The position numbers and the translations under genes were made by a program. This document shows positions 28,769 to 38,573 of a DNA stretch of 64,000 nucleotides, piece after piece. The stretch's first letter is position 1, and each line of letters opens with the position of its first letter. Origin of the DNA: Pedobacter sp. (GTDB lineage: Bacteria > Bacteroidota > Bacteroidia > Sphingobacteriales > Sphingobacteriaceae); NCBI GenBank assembly GCA_025351765.1, contig JANXVH010000170.1, positions 65,993-129,992 on the forward strand, given 5' to 3'. The notes under the pieces were generated by a model that made no database searches, was not told where the DNA came from, and saw only the letters and a list, made by a program, of their open reading frames with translations.

Positions 28769-30793
28769 TTATGCTTCTACTGAGGTAATCTGTCCTGTGC
28801 TTCCAGCAGGCGATTCAGTTCCTGGAATTAAAGTCTCAAATAATCGTTTCCCAAAAATCTCTTCGAGATCATCTTTAAATAGAACTTCTTTTTCAATTAA
28901 TATATCTGCTAGCTTCATCAGCTTGTCTTTATTTTCACTTAACAAATTGATGGCACGTTGATATTGACTTTCAATTAAGTTAGAAATTTCCTTATCGATA
29001 GTGATTGCGGTATCTTCAGAATAAGGCTTTGAAAAATTATATTCTCCTTGTCCTGAAGAATCATAATAGGTCACGTTGCCCAGTTTTTCGTTTAAACCGT
29101 AGATCGTTACCATAGCACGAGCCTGTTTAGTAACTTTCTCTAGATCGCTAAGTGCACCAGTTGAGATCATGTCGAACATCACCTTTTCAGCGGCTCTTCC
29201 GCCCATGGTAGCGCACATTTCGTCCAGCATTTGATGTGGGCGAACGATAAGCCGCTCTTCTGGCAGATACCATGCAGCGCCAAGACTTTGTCCCCTTGGT
29301 ACAATTGTAACCTTAATTAACGGTGCAGCGTGCTCTAATAGCCAACTAACGGTTGCGTGACCCGCCTCATGGACAGCAATTGCTCGTTTTTCTTTCGGGG
29401 TTACAATTTTATTTTTCTTTTCCATACCGCCTACAATTCTGTCTACAGCATCTAAAAAGTCTTGCTTTTCTACCGCGGCTTTATTCTTCCTTGCAGCAAT
29501 TAAAGCAGCTTCGTTACAAACATTGGCTATATCTGCTCCTGAAAATCCAGGAGTTTGTTTGGCCAGGAATTCAGTATCCAAATTTCCGTCTTTCTTAAGC
29601 GGCTTGATGTGCACTTCAAAAATTTGTTTACGCTCAATAACGTCCGGTAAATCAACATAAATTTGACGGTCAAATCTTCCGGCACGCAGCAATGCTTTGT
29701 CTAATACATCAGCGCGGTTAGTTGCAGCAAGGATAATTACATGAGTATTTGTTCCAAAACCATCCATTTCAACCAGTAGCTGGTTAAGTGTGTTTTCCCG
29801 CTCGTCATTCCCGCCCATCATGCTGTTCTTTCCTCTCGCACGACCGATTGCATCGATCTCATCAATAAAAATGATACATGGTGATTTATCTTTTGCTTGC
29901 TTGAAAAGATCCCGAACTCTGGATGCGCCCACACCCACAAACATCTCGACAAAATCAGATCCTGACAGTGAAAAGAAAGGCACCTGAGCCTCTCCTGCGA
30001 CCGCTTTGGCTAGCAAAGTTTTACCGGTACCGGGGGAGCCAACTAGAAGCGCCCCTTTAGGAATTTTTCCTCCCAAATCTGTATACTTCTTGGGGTTTTT
30101 TAGGAAATCTACAATTTCCATCACTTCTTGCTTTGCTTCTTCTAGCCCGGCAACATCATTAAATGTAACGCTAACCTGGCTTTCTTTATCAAATAGCGTG
30201 GCTTTTGATTTTCCAATATTGAAGATTTGTCCGCCACCACCACCTGCACCACCACCCATGCGACGCATAATGAATATCCAGAAACCGATAAAAAGAAGCA
30301 AAGGTATAATAACAGTGAAAAACCAAGAATTAAATGAACTTTGTCTAGTATCTTTTTCTGCCAAAATTTGCTGGTTAGGTGGGATATTCTTTTGAGACTC
30401 CCTTAATTGAGTATCTAGCGCATCCATTGATCCGGCAGTAAAAAAGACTGTGGGGCCGGTATTGGTTCCAAAATTACTTTTAGTTTCGTAAGGTTTATAT
30501 TTCGGATTGTTAATCCTGTCTTTTTTAATGTAAACCTCTACTTTAACTAAATCCTCATGCTTATAAGCTACAAGTTTTTCAACATCTCCAGGCGCCAACA
30601 TCTGAGTTTCGAATACCCTATAAGGTATAGACTTGCTGTTATCAGCAGTAAATAAAAACTGCATAAGTATGATGCCGACAATTATAGCGGCATAAACCCA
30701 AAATATGTTAAACTTCGGTACTTTTTGAGGCTTTTTAGGTATGTTTGGTAATTTCTTTATAAGGCTGGGTTTTGTATTTTGTTTCTCTTCCAT
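28769..30793 (-). CDS. ftsH: ATP-dependent zinc metalloprotease FtsH
   Basis: 674 aa, two TM helices, AAA+ Walker [14 protein letters not shown], Walker [10 protein letters not shown], zinc site HEAGHA. Confidence 0.97.
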   Translation of the reverse strand: MEEKQNTKPSLIKKLPNIPKKPQKVPKFNIFWVYAAIIVGIILMQFLFTADNSKSIPYRVFETQMLAPGDVEKLVAYKHEDLVKVEVYIKKDRINNPKYKPYETKSNFGTNTGPTVFFTAGSMDALDTQLRESQKNIPPNQQILAEKDTRQSSFNSWFFTVIIPLLLFIGFWIFIMRRMGGGAGGGGGQIFNIGKSKATLFDKESQVSVTFNDVAGLEEAKQEVMEIVDFLKNPKKYTDLGGKIPKGALLVGSPGTGKTLLAKAVAGEAQVPFFSLSGSDFVEMFVGVGASRVRDLFKQAKDKSPCIIFIDEIDAIGRARGKNSMMGGNDERENTLNQLLVEMDGFGTNTHVIILAATNRADVLDKALLRAGRFDRQIYVDLPDVIERKQIFEVHIKPLKKDGNLDTEFLAKQTPGFSGADIANVCNEAALIAARKNKAAVEKQDFLDAVDRIVGGMEKKNKIVTPKEKRAIAVHEAGHATVSWLLEHAAPLIKVTIVPRGQSLGAAWYLPEERLIVRPHQMLDEMCATMGGRAAEKVMFDMISTGALSDLEKVTKQARAMVTIYGLNEKLGNVTYYDSSGQGEYNFSKPYSEDTAITIDKEISNLIESQYQRAINLLSENKDKLMKLADILIEKEVLFKDDLEEIFGKRLFETLIPGTESPAGSTGQITSVEA

Positions 30794-30816
30794 TATTAAT
30801 TAAAAAATGTGAATGA

Positions 30817-31191
30817 TTAAGCACTTTTGTATGAAGTAGTTTGGGCATCACCCCATAAATCTTCTATCCCGTAAAACTCGCGTTTTTCAGTTTTAAATAT
30901 GTGCACAACAATGTCAAAATAATCAAGTATTATCCATTCGGCGCTTTCTTGTCCTTCCTTGCGCCAAGGGTTTGTTTGGGTATTTTTGTATATTTCTTCC
31001 TCAACACTATCGGCTATTGCTTTAACCTGTGTAGAAGAATTTGCGCTGCAGATGATGAAATAATCAGAAACGGAACTGTTAAGTTCCCGTAGATCCAAGC
31101 GAACAATATCGTTGCCTTTTTTTTCTTGTATGCCTTGAACGGCTATTTCTGAGAGGTATGTAGAAATGGTTCCTATTTTCTTTTTTACCAT
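30817..31191 (-). CDS. rsfS: Ribosome silencing factor RsfS (iojap-like)
   Basis: 124 aa with DYFIICSANSSTQVKAIADSV and WIILDYFDIVVHIF motifs, plus conserved rsfS-ftsH synteny. Confidence 0.9.
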   Translation of the reverse strand: MVKKKIGTISTYLSEIAVQGIQEKKGNDIVRLDLRELNSSVSDYFIICSANSSTQVKAIADSVEEEIYKNTQTNPWRKEGQESAEWIILDYFDIVVHIFKTEKREFYGIEDLWGDAQTTSYKSA

Positions 31192-31232
31192 TAAAATGTT
31201 TTAGTTTTGATAAACAAATATACAATCAACAC

Positions 31233-32009
31233 TTGCAAAATAACACTTTTTCAACATTATTTATCGGCCAAAGTTTTCTCCAATTGCCGGGGGTTGATTC
31301 TACTAATAACTACTTAAAGTTATTGATCTCAAAATCCGAGCCATTAGCAGATGGGACTGTTATAATGGCAGACCACCAATTTGCAGGAAGGGGACAGCAG
31401 GGTAATAGCTGGTTTTCTAAACCCGGGCTCAATCTTACTTTTAGTATTTATTTGAGGCCAAATTTTTTAAACGCCAGTAATCAATTTTCTCTTAACATAG
31501 CGGTTAGTATAGGCATTAGGAATGCATTAGCACAATATATTTCTAAAGGGATAAGTATAAAATGGCCTAACGATATATACTTTAACGATAAGAAGATTGG
31601 CGGCGTATTGATAGAAAATACCCTAGTTGGGAATGTTATAAAATCAACCATTATTGGCATTGGTATAAATGTTAATCAACAAGGCTTTGATGGAGACCTG
31701 TTAATTCGGGCATCTTCTCTGGCGGAAATTTTACAACAAGATGTTGATTTGATGGAGCTTCTTAATAATATATGTCATGCTATCGAGGTTGAATATTTAA
31801 AGCTGAGGGCTGGCGCAGCAGATGACCATCTAAGTAATTACCTTAAAAATCTCTACCGCTTTGGAAAATCTTCAATATACAAACAAAAGGAATTGCTTTT
31901 TGAAGGAACAATAACTAACGTAACGCAGGCAGGGCAATTAGTAATGCTATCAGACGGCGAAGAGCTACGCTTTAACGTCAAAGAGGTAGAATTTTTCAAT
32001 AACAATTGA
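31233..32009 (+). CDS. birA: Biotin--[acetyl-CoA-carboxylase] ligase (no HTH domain)
   Basis: 258 aa with GRGQQGNSW and KWPNDIY motifs and a TTG start. Confidence 0.88.
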   Translation: MQNNTFSTLFIGQSFLQLPGVDSTNNYLKLLISKSEPLADGTVIMADHQFAGRGQQGNSWFSKPGLNLTFSIYLRPNFLNASNQFSLNIAVSIGIRNALAQYISKGISIKWPNDIYFNDKKIGGVLIENTLVGNVIKSTIIGIGINVNQQGFDGDLLIRASSLAEILQQDVDLMELLNNICHAIEVEYLKLRAGAADDHLSNYLKNLYRFGKSSIYKQKELLFEGTITNVTQAGQLVMLSDGEELRFNVKEVEFFNNN

Positions 32010-32086
32010 AAATTATCAGTAATTTTACCCCCGCGTCTTAAATCGGCTTTTTAATAACGGTCAAAGAACGCAGAACAAAAAGAATA

Positions 32087-33070
32087 ATGAACAAATTAAA
32101 ACATATAGCGGTACTAACATCCGGAGGGGATGCTCCAGGAATGAACGCTGCAATAAGAGCCGTAGTGAGGGCGGCGATTTACTACGATTTACAGGTTACC
32201 GGAATTTTAAGGGGGTATGAAGGCCTTATTAATGGGGATTTCATTGAGATGGAAAGAAAATCTGTTGCAAATATCATTCAAAGAGGCGGAACAATCTTAA
32301 AAACAGCTAGAAGTGATGCTTTCAGAACTAAAGAAGGTAGAAATCAAGCATACAATCAATTAAAATCCAATGATATTGATGCTCTTGTAGTAATAGGAGG
32401 AGACGGAACATTTACCGGGGCAAATCTGTTTTCCGAAGAATTCAACTATCCTATAGTTGGTTTACCGGGCACGATTGATAATGATCTTGAAGGAACAGAT
32501 TTTACTATAGGTTATGATACTGCAATAAATACCGTAATCAATGCGGTTGATAAAATAAGAGACACAGCAGAGTCTCACGATAGACTGTTTATAGTTGAAG
32601 TTATGGGTCGTGATTCCGGACTTATTGCTTTAAGAAGTGGAATAGGCGTAGGGGCGGAAGCTATTATGATACCAGAAGCTAACATGGGTGTTGAAGGTCT
32701 TGTAACTAGATTGGAGAGCGGCCGTAAAGATAAATCATCAAAAATTATCATTGTGGCCGAGGGAGATGAAGTTGGTGGGGCGTTTAATGTTGGTGAGGTC
32801 TTGAAACAAAGGTTTCCTTTATATGATATTAGGATCTCTGTTCTAGGGCATATTCAACGAGGCGGGAAACCTAGTTGTATGGATAGAGTTTTAGCTAGTA
32901 GATTAGGCGTTTCTGCAGTTGAGGGCCTGCTTAACGGACAGTCTCGTGACATGGTCGGCTTAAAAAATGGGGAGATCGTTTTCACACCATTTGATCATGC
33001 AATCAAGCATATTGACGCAAAAGAGATAACTCCGGCATGGTTAAAATTAGTAGAGATACTCTCCTTATAA
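32087..33070 (+). CDS. pfkA: ATP-dependent 6-phosphofructokinase
   Basis: 327 aa with TSGGDAPGMNAAIRAVVR, GGDGT, PGTIDND, MGR. Confidence 0.96.
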   Translation: MNKLKHIAVLTSGGDAPGMNAAIRAVVRAAIYYDLQVTGILRGYEGLINGDFIEMERKSVANIIQRGGTILKTARSDAFRTKEGRNQAYNQLKSNDIDALVVIGGDGTFTGANLFSEEFNYPIVGLPGTIDNDLEGTDFTIGYDTAINTVINAVDKIRDTAESHDRLFIVEVMGRDSGLIALRSGIGVGAEAIMIPEANMGVEGLVTRLESGRKDKSSKIIIVAEGDEVGGAFNVGEVLKQRFPLYDIRISVLGHIQRGGKPSCMDRVLASRLGVSAVEGLLNGQSRDMVGLKNGEIVFTPFDHAIKHIDAKEITPAWLKLVEILSL

Positions 33071-33583
33071 AAGTTTATCTAAAACCTCACTCCAGGTATT
33101 AACCCTTTCGTAGTCGTTCAAAAGCAAGTTATGGGGTGAGGTAAATAGCAGTTTGCGGCCGCTAATGCCCACAAAGTTCTTAGCCCTGTCATCAATAATC
33201 ACATCTACATTTACAATTTTGTCGCCACAGAACATAATGTTCCTCCAACCGATAAATGGGAAATGTTCGGCTAGCCAATCCAGTTTGTCCTCAAGAGAGT
33301 TCCTGAACTCCATAGCTGCCGACACTATATATATCTCATGCTTTTCCTGAAGTTTTTTAACGGCTTCAACACTCCCATCAATGACAGGCAGATCTCTAAA
33401 AAATCCTTTTTCATTAATATACTCGAACCACTTATTGTTGATGTGTTCTGGAACATGGTGATAGAATTCTTTTCCAGGCTCCATGGCTAGGTTTAAAGGC
33501 ACACCATAATCCCTGTTGTAAAGTTGAATAAACTTGTGTATTGGGTCGGCCAATACCTCATCCATGTCGATTGCAATTCTCAT
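33065..33583 (-). CDS. 5'(3')-deoxyribonucleotidase (NT5C-type HAD phosphatase)
   Basis: 172 aa, HAD motif I IAIDMDEVLAD. Confidence 0.8.
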   Translation of the reverse strand: MRIAIDMDEVLADPIHKFIQLYNRDYGVPLNLAMEPGKEFYHHVPEHINNKWFEYINEKGFFRDLPVIDGSVEAVKKLQEKHEIYIVSAAMEFRNSLEDKLDWLAEHFPFIGWRNIMFCGDKIVNVDVIIDDRAKNFVGISGRKLLFTSPHNLLLNDYERVNTWSEVLDKLL

Positions 33584-33705
33584 TTAAAAAATTATTATAG
33601 CAAACACCGTTGTGTCGCCAGATTTAAGGTTGTCAAATATCCCGTTTTAAGTCGCGAGTTATGTTAAATGAATTTAAAATTATTGCATATCATTAGGAAT
33701 TTACT

Positions 33706-33713
33706 TACTTTTG
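33706..33713 (+). promoter_or_regulatory. Candidate Bacteroidota -7 box (TACTTTTG) for the rpsP operon
   Basis: Exact TAnnTTTG match 57 nt upstream of the rpsP ATG. Confidence 0.45.
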
Positions 33714-33769
33714 CATCCCCGCAAGCATGCAGCTCCGGGAACTATGTTGAATACATAAATAGAAAAACA

Positions 33770-34318
33770 ATGGCAACTAAAATCAGATTGCAAAGATTCG
33801 GTAAAAAAGGCAAGCCTTTTTTCCACGTAGTGGTAGCGGATTCCCGTTCACCAAGAGATGGTAAATTTATTGAGCGGTTAGGGTCTTATAATCCAAACAC
33901 CAATCCTGCTACTATTGAACTTAACTTTGATAAAACTTTAGACTGGGTAAACAAAGGTGCTGAACCTACGGATACTTGTCGCGCTATTCTTTCTTACAAA
34001 GGTATTTTGTATAAGAAACACTTAGAAGGTGGTATTAAAAAGGGAGCTTTAACAGCTGATCAGGCAGACGCTAAATTTGCTGAGTGGTTAGGCGCTAAAG
34101 ACAGCAAAATTGAGGGCAAAAAAGACAATTTAACTAAATCTAAGGATGACGTTAAAAAGGCTGCATTAGTAGCTGAAACTAAGAAAAATGCTGACCGTGC
34201 TGCTGCTCTAGCTATCAAAAATGCACCAGTTGAAGAAGTTGTAGAAGAAGCTCCTATAGCGGAAGAAACATCAGAAGAAGCTCCTGCAGTAGAAGCTTCA
34301 GAGGAAGAAAAAGCGTAA
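33770..34318 (+). CDS. rpsP: 30S ribosomal protein S16 with an A/E/K-rich C-terminal extension
   Basis: MATKIRLQRFGKKGKPFFHVVVADSR is the canonical S16 N-terminus. The ORF-track start at 33668 adds 34 non-conserved residues and is not used. Confidence 0.93.
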   Translation: MATKIRLQRFGKKGKPFFHVVVADSRSPRDGKFIERLGSYNPNTNPATIELNFDKTLDWVNKGAEPTDTCRAILSYKGILYKKHLEGGIKKGALTADQADAKFAEWLGAKDSKIEGKKDNLTKSKDDVKKAALVAETKKNADRAAALAIKNAPVEEVVEEAPIAEETSEEAPAVEASEEEKA

Positions 34319-34340
34319 TACTTTTATTATTCTAAATTAT

Positions 34341-34383
34341 AGCGAAGATTTATTCATCAGAACAAATCTTCGCTATTTTTTTT
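34341..34383 (+). terminator. Intrinsic terminator/attenuator between rpsP and rimM
   Basis: Perfect 11-bp stem AGCGAAGATTT (34341-34351) / AAATCTTCGCT (34364-34374), 12-nt loop, then A + T8. Confidence 0.7.
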
Positions 34384-34405
34384 ATGCGGTTTAATTAAAT
34401 CAACT

Positions 34406-34933
34406 TTGACACAAGAAGAATCATTTTACATCGGTTACATTACTAAAACAAAGGGGTTAAAAGGGGAGGTACAGTTGTACTTCGAGTACGACGAACCAGA
34501 GTTGTTGGATCTTGATGTCGTTTTTGCAGAGATTAGCGGTAAAATGGTACCTTTTTTTGTGTCTTCTTACAAACTCCAAACCAATAGTACGGGCAACTTC
34601 TACTTTGATGATGTTGATCACATCGACAAAGCCCAGGTACTTGTAAAAAAGAAAATCTATTTACCATTGGATAAAATGCCAGATCGTTCTGAAGATGAGT
34701 TCCATTACAATGATCTAAAAGGATTTATTGTTTTAGACGAGACTCATGGTGAATTAGGAGAAGTAATAGCGGTTAATGAATACCCCCAACAGTTTGTGGC
34801 TACTGTAATGTATAAGAATAAAGAAATCATGTTTCCTTTAAACGAAGATATGATTGTGGAGATTGATGAAGAGGAAGAAACTATACTTGTTGATCTTCCT
34901 GAGGGCTTACTGGATATTTATCTAAATCCTTAA
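34406..34933 (+). CDS. rimM: 16S rRNA processing protein RimM
   Basis: 175 aa with [13 protein letters not shown] (RimM N-terminal) and a PRC-barrel C-terminus. It has a TTG start and conserved rpsP-rimM-trmD order. Confidence 0.88.
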   Translation: MTQEESFYIGYITKTKGLKGEVQLYFEYDEPELLDLDVVFAEISGKMVPFFVSSYKLQTNSTGNFYFDDVDHIDKAQVLVKKKIYLPLDKMPDRSEDEFHYNDLKGFIVLDETHGELGEVIAVNEYPQQFVATVMYKNKEIMFPLNEDMIVEIDEEEETILVDLPEGLLDIYLNP

Positions 34934-34944
34934 TATTTTTATTT

Positions 34945-35622
34945 ATGCGTTTTGATATTATAACCGTTTTGCCTGCGCTTCTGGAAAGTCCCTTTGCGCA
35001 TTCTATCCTGCAGCGGGCACAAAATAAAGGGATAGCTGAAATCGTAGTTCATAGTTTACGTGATTATGCCAGTAATAAACAAAAAAGTGTAGACGATTAT
35101 CCCTATGGCGGCGGAAGCGGCATGGTCATGTCTATTGAGCCCTTTGCAAAATGCATTGAATTGTTAAAATCACAGCGTGAATATGATGATGTAATCTTTA
35201 TGAGTCCAGATGGAGTTACCTTCAATCAGACAGCCGCAAATGAGTTGTCTGGCCTAAAAAACATTATGGTGTTGTGTGGGCATTACAAAGGGATAGATCA
35301 GCGGATAAGAGACCTATATGTTACAAGAGAGATATCCATAGGAGATTATGTGCTGTCAGGCGGTGAGCTTCCTGCCGCAGTTATTGTAGATGCTATCATA
35401 AGGCTTATACCCGGCGTTTTAAATGACGAGACATCTGCTTTGTCAGATAGTTTCCAGGGGGAGCTTTTAGACGCCCCTGTTTACACCAGGCCTGCCGACT
35501 GGAAAGGTAACAAAGTGCCAGATGTTTTGTTAAGCGGGCATGAGGCTAAAATAAACGAATGGCGACATGAGCAGGCATTGCTACGTACGCAAGCCCGCAG
35601 GCCTGATTTGTTGGAAGATTAA
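34945..35622 (+). CDS. trmD: tRNA (guanine37-N1)-methyltransferase
   Basis: 225 aa with [35 protein letters not shown]. Confidence 0.96.
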   Translation: MRFDIITVLPALLESPFAHSILQRAQNKGIAEIVVHSLRDYASNKQKSVDDYPYGGGSGMVMSIEPFAKCIELLKSQREYDDVIFMSPDGVTFNQTAANELSGLKNIMVLCGHYKGIDQRIRDLYVTREISIGDYVLSGGELPAAVIVDAIIRLIPGVLNDETSALSDSFQGELLDAPVYTRPADWKGNKVPDVLLSGHEAKINEWRHEQALLRTQARRPDLLED

Positions 35623-35786
35623 ATATTACCCAATAAACCAGTCATTTTCCCCATTAAAGGCAGTAAATCTGTGGAAATAATAAAGATTGTGGAAAAAAAT
35701 AGAATAGACTTTTATTTATAAAATAAAATTCCTAATATTGCAGTCCGATTTTAAACAACAAAAAGTCGGCTTAATAGCTTAAAATC

Positions 35787-36134
35787 ATGGATTTAGTAAA
35801 ATTTGTTGAAGAGCAGGTAATCGCAAAAAATGAGTTTCCTGCATTCAAATCAGGAGATACAGTGAGTGTTCACTATAAGATTCGCGAAGGTAATAAAGAG
35901 CGTATCCAAATTTACCAAGGTGTAGTATTGCAACGTAATAGCGTTGGTGCTAACGAAACGTTTACCGTTCGTAAGATGTCTAATGGCATAGGGGTTGAAC
36001 GTATTTTCCCAATCAACTCTCCAAATATCGCAAAGGTAGAGGTACATAGCCATGGTAAAGTTCGCAGATCAAAATTATTCTATCTGCGTGAGCTTACTGG
36101 TAAAGCAGCACGTATCAAATCTAAGAGAGTATAA
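35787..36134 (+). CDS. rplS: 50S ribosomal protein L19
   Basis: 115 aa with [27 protein letters not shown] and a typical L19 C-terminus. Confidence 0.96.
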   Translation: MDLVKFVEEQVIAKNEFPAFKSGDTVSVHYKIREGNKERIQIYQGVVLQRNSVGANETFTVRKMSNGIGVERIFPINSPNIAKVEVHSHGKVRRSKLFYLRELTGKAARIKSKRV

Positions 36135-36157
36135 TCTTTTAGTGAATCATATACCAA

Positions 36158-36187
36158 CCTTCCCGAATCAATCGGGGAGGTTTTTTT
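36158..36187 (+). terminator. Rho-independent terminator after rplS
   Basis: CCTTCCCGA-atcaa-TCGGGGAGG (9 bp with one G-U), followed by T7. Confidence 0.8.
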
Positions 36188-36218
36188 ATTTGTGAAATTT
36201 TAAGCTTTAACACGCAAC

Positions 36219-37334
36219 ATGAACGATAAATTCTTTGAGCAAATATTCTGGGGAAATACAATTAAGGAATATTGCCTGTTTGCGGCAATCATATTGCTTG
36301 GGCTACTTTTCAAGCGAATTATTTCACGCGCGCTGAGCTCGCTACTTTTCAGGCTCTTCAGAAACTTCGCCGAAGATGTAGAAGATGGAGAGTTTGTTTC
36401 CCTGCTCTTAAAGCCAATAGAGTTATTTATCCAGCTGTTTACGTACTATACAGCAGTTAATCAACTTAAGCACCCTCTTGATGTAAGAGTGTTTAGTAAT
36501 GCAGCGCAAATCCATAAAACTAAATTACCGGTTGAAGTTTATCTTGGACAGGTTATAGATAAAGTATTTCTCTTTCTTATCATTCTTTCTATATTCTGGA
36601 TCGTCCTGAGGATCATAGACTTTGTAGCACACGTGTTAACATACAAAGCCACTATTACAGAAAATAAGGCAGACGATCAATTGGTTCCTTTCCTTAAAGA
36701 ATTAACTAAAACCATCACATGTTTTATTGGCTTTTTTGTGCTTTTAGGTTACGTGTTTGAAATTAATGTACTTACACTAATAACCGGGCTGGGCATTGGA
36801 GGTCTCGCTGTAGCACTGGCAGCAAAAGAGAGCCTTGAAAATCTGATTGGATCATTTACCATCTTCCTTGATAAACCATTCACGGTGGGGGATGTGGTAA
36901 AGGTAGACGGCATTGAAGGAACGATAGATAAGGTGGGCTTTAGAAGTACAAAGATCATTAGTCCTGATAAAACAACCATTATTATACCGAACCGGGCGAT
37001 GATTGATGGTGTGCTTGAAAACGTTACAAGGCGTAATTATCAAAGAATCATTTTTATGATAGGGTTAAGCTATGCAACCCAGCAAGAAACAGTAAAAGCA
37101 ATTGTAAATGAAATTACAAATCTCTTAAAGGAACACCCGAAAATACAAGATGGATCTGCAAGGTTTGAAGCCTTTGGCGAATCCTCATTAAACATCCAGA
37201 TCATCTATATGGTGCCAAATGAAAACGCAGCTATTCCCGCAGAAATCAAAGAGGAAATCAACTATAAAATTATAGGTATAGTGCAAGCGAACGGAGCAGA
37301 TTTTGCTATAAAGCCAACTCTGCTAAAATCGTAA
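36219..37334 (+). CDS. Mechanosensitive ion channel (MscS family)
   Basis: 371 aa, TM helices followed by the MscS beta-domain GDVVKVDGIEGTIDKVGFRSTKI. Confidence 0.88.
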   Translation: MNDKFFEQIFWGNTIKEYCLFAAIILLGLLFKRIISRALSSLLFRLFRNFAEDVEDGEFVSLLLKPIELFIQLFTYYTAVNQLKHPLDVRVFSNAAQIHKTKLPVEVYLGQVIDKVFLFLIILSIFWIVLRIIDFVAHVLTYKATITENKADDQLVPFLKELTKTITCFIGFFVLLGYVFEINVLTLITGLGIGGLAVALAAKESLENLIGSFTIFLDKPFTVGDVVKVDGIEGTIDKVGFRSTKIISPDKTTIIIPNRAMIDGVLENVTRRNYQRIIFMIGLSYATQQETVKAIVNEITNLLKEHPKIQDGSARFEAFGESSLNIQIIYMVPNENAAIPAEIKEEINYKIIGIVQANGADFAIKPTLLKS

Positions 37335-37968
37335 TACCCCCCTTTACAACCTGATTAAGTTCCAGGTTTACTTTTGTTCCAATTGGCAGATAGATGTCTA
37401 CTCGGGAGCCAAATTTTATAAAGCCGAATTCTTTGCTTTGCTCAACAATATCTCCTTCTTTAACGTACCATACTATCCTTCTTGCAAGTGCTCCTGCAAT
37501 TTGTCTGAATAGTATAGGAGTGCCATTATCATGTTCTACCACAACGGTTGTACGTTCATTTTCAGTAGATGACTTAGGGTTCCAGGCGGCTAAGTATTTA
37601 CCTGGGTGGTATTTGAAAAACTTTACAACTCCAGAGATGGGGTTTCTATTTATGTGTACATTAACCGGCGACATAAAGATAGATACCTGCAACCTCTTGT
37701 CTTTAAAATATTCTCCTTCTTCAGTTTCTTCAATCACAACAACTTTACCATCTGCCGGGCAAATCACCAGGTTATTCCCCGATGTAAAAGAACGTGAAGG
37801 GTTCCTGAAAAACTGAAGCACAATAAGAAAAAGCGAAATAGAGAATAGGTAAACTAACCACCGCAGCCAGGTTATATCTGCAAACCTGTAATCTATAATT
37901 GCATTGAGAACAAATATAAAAAGCAATGAAACTGCAATAGTGGTGTAACCTTCCTTGTGTATGGTCAT
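37306..37968 (-). CDS. psd: Phosphatidylserine decarboxylase family protein (short type)
   Basis: 220 aa, two N-terminal TM helices, a pyruvoyl self-cleavage-type FGSRVD motif near the C-terminus, and a MSPVNVH motif. Confidence 0.88.
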   Translation of the reverse strand: MTIHKEGYTTIAVSLLFIFVLNAIIDYRFADITWLRWLVYLFSISLFLIVLQFFRNPSRSFTSGNNLVICPADGKVVVIEETEEGEYFKDKRLQVSIFMSPVNVHINRNPISGVVKFFKYHPGKYLAAWNPKSSTENERTTVVVEHDNGTPILFRQIAGALARRIVWYVKEGDIVEQSKEFGFIKFGSRVDIYLPIGTKVNLELNQVVKGGITILAELAL

Positions 37969-38026
37969 TTTTTAGAGTTATGTAAACATTGCAAAATTGT
38001 GAAAAATATTTGGATAAAACGGCCAC

Positions 38027-38572
38027 TTAGCTAACAGTTTTGGCCCTGTAAATATCTTTTAGATTTCTACCAAGGCCATTATAGTCTAGCCCATAGCCTA
38101 CAACAAACTCATTAGCAATCTCAAAGCCCACATATTCCAGCTCTTCAATTGGAGCTTTCAAAGCCTTGGGCTTTAAAAGTAAAGAGCAAACCTTTACCGA
38201 GGCAGGTTCTTGTTTTTTGATCTCAGCAATGATGTAATCCAAAGTAAAACCAGTGTCAACAATATCTTCAACAATAATTATGTCCCGTTCAAATAGATCT
38301 GTCGGCAGCCCAAAAGCTTGTTTAATTTTACCGGAGCTCTCTGCCCCTTCATAAGACGAGACCTTAATAAAGCCAACCTCACAAGAAACAGTAATCTCCT
38401 TTAAAAGGTCTGCCATAAACAAAAAACTTCCATTAAGGACACCAATAAAAATAGGGCAACGGTTTTCATAATCTACATTTAACTGAATACCAATTAATCG
38501 TGTTCGCTTGCAAATGTTGTCGTTTTCCAACAAAATCTCAAACGCTTTATCCTCTATTTGAATGGTGTTCAT
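38027..38572 (-). CDS. hpt: Hypoxanthine phosphoribosyltransferase
   Basis: 181 aa from the ATG at 38572 (MNTIQIEDKAFEIL...), with PRPP motif IIIVEDIVDTGFTL. The longer ORF to 38716 overlaps the upstream gene in another frame and is not used. Confidence 0.9.
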   Translation of the reverse strand: MNTIQIEDKAFEILLENDNICKRTRLIGIQLNVDYENRCPIFIGVLNGSFLFMADLLKEITVSCEVGFIKVSSYEGAESSGKIKQAFGLPTDLFERDIIIVEDIVDTGFTLDYIIAEIKKQEPASVKVCSLLLKPKALKAPIEELEYVGFEIANEFVVGYGLDYNGLGRNLKDIYRAKTVS

Positions 38573-38573
38573 G

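Noticed and set aside
33668-33769. 34-aa N-terminal extension of rpsP
   Set aside because: The conserved S16 N-terminus begins at MATKIRLQRFG. The extension would also cover the candidate promoter box.
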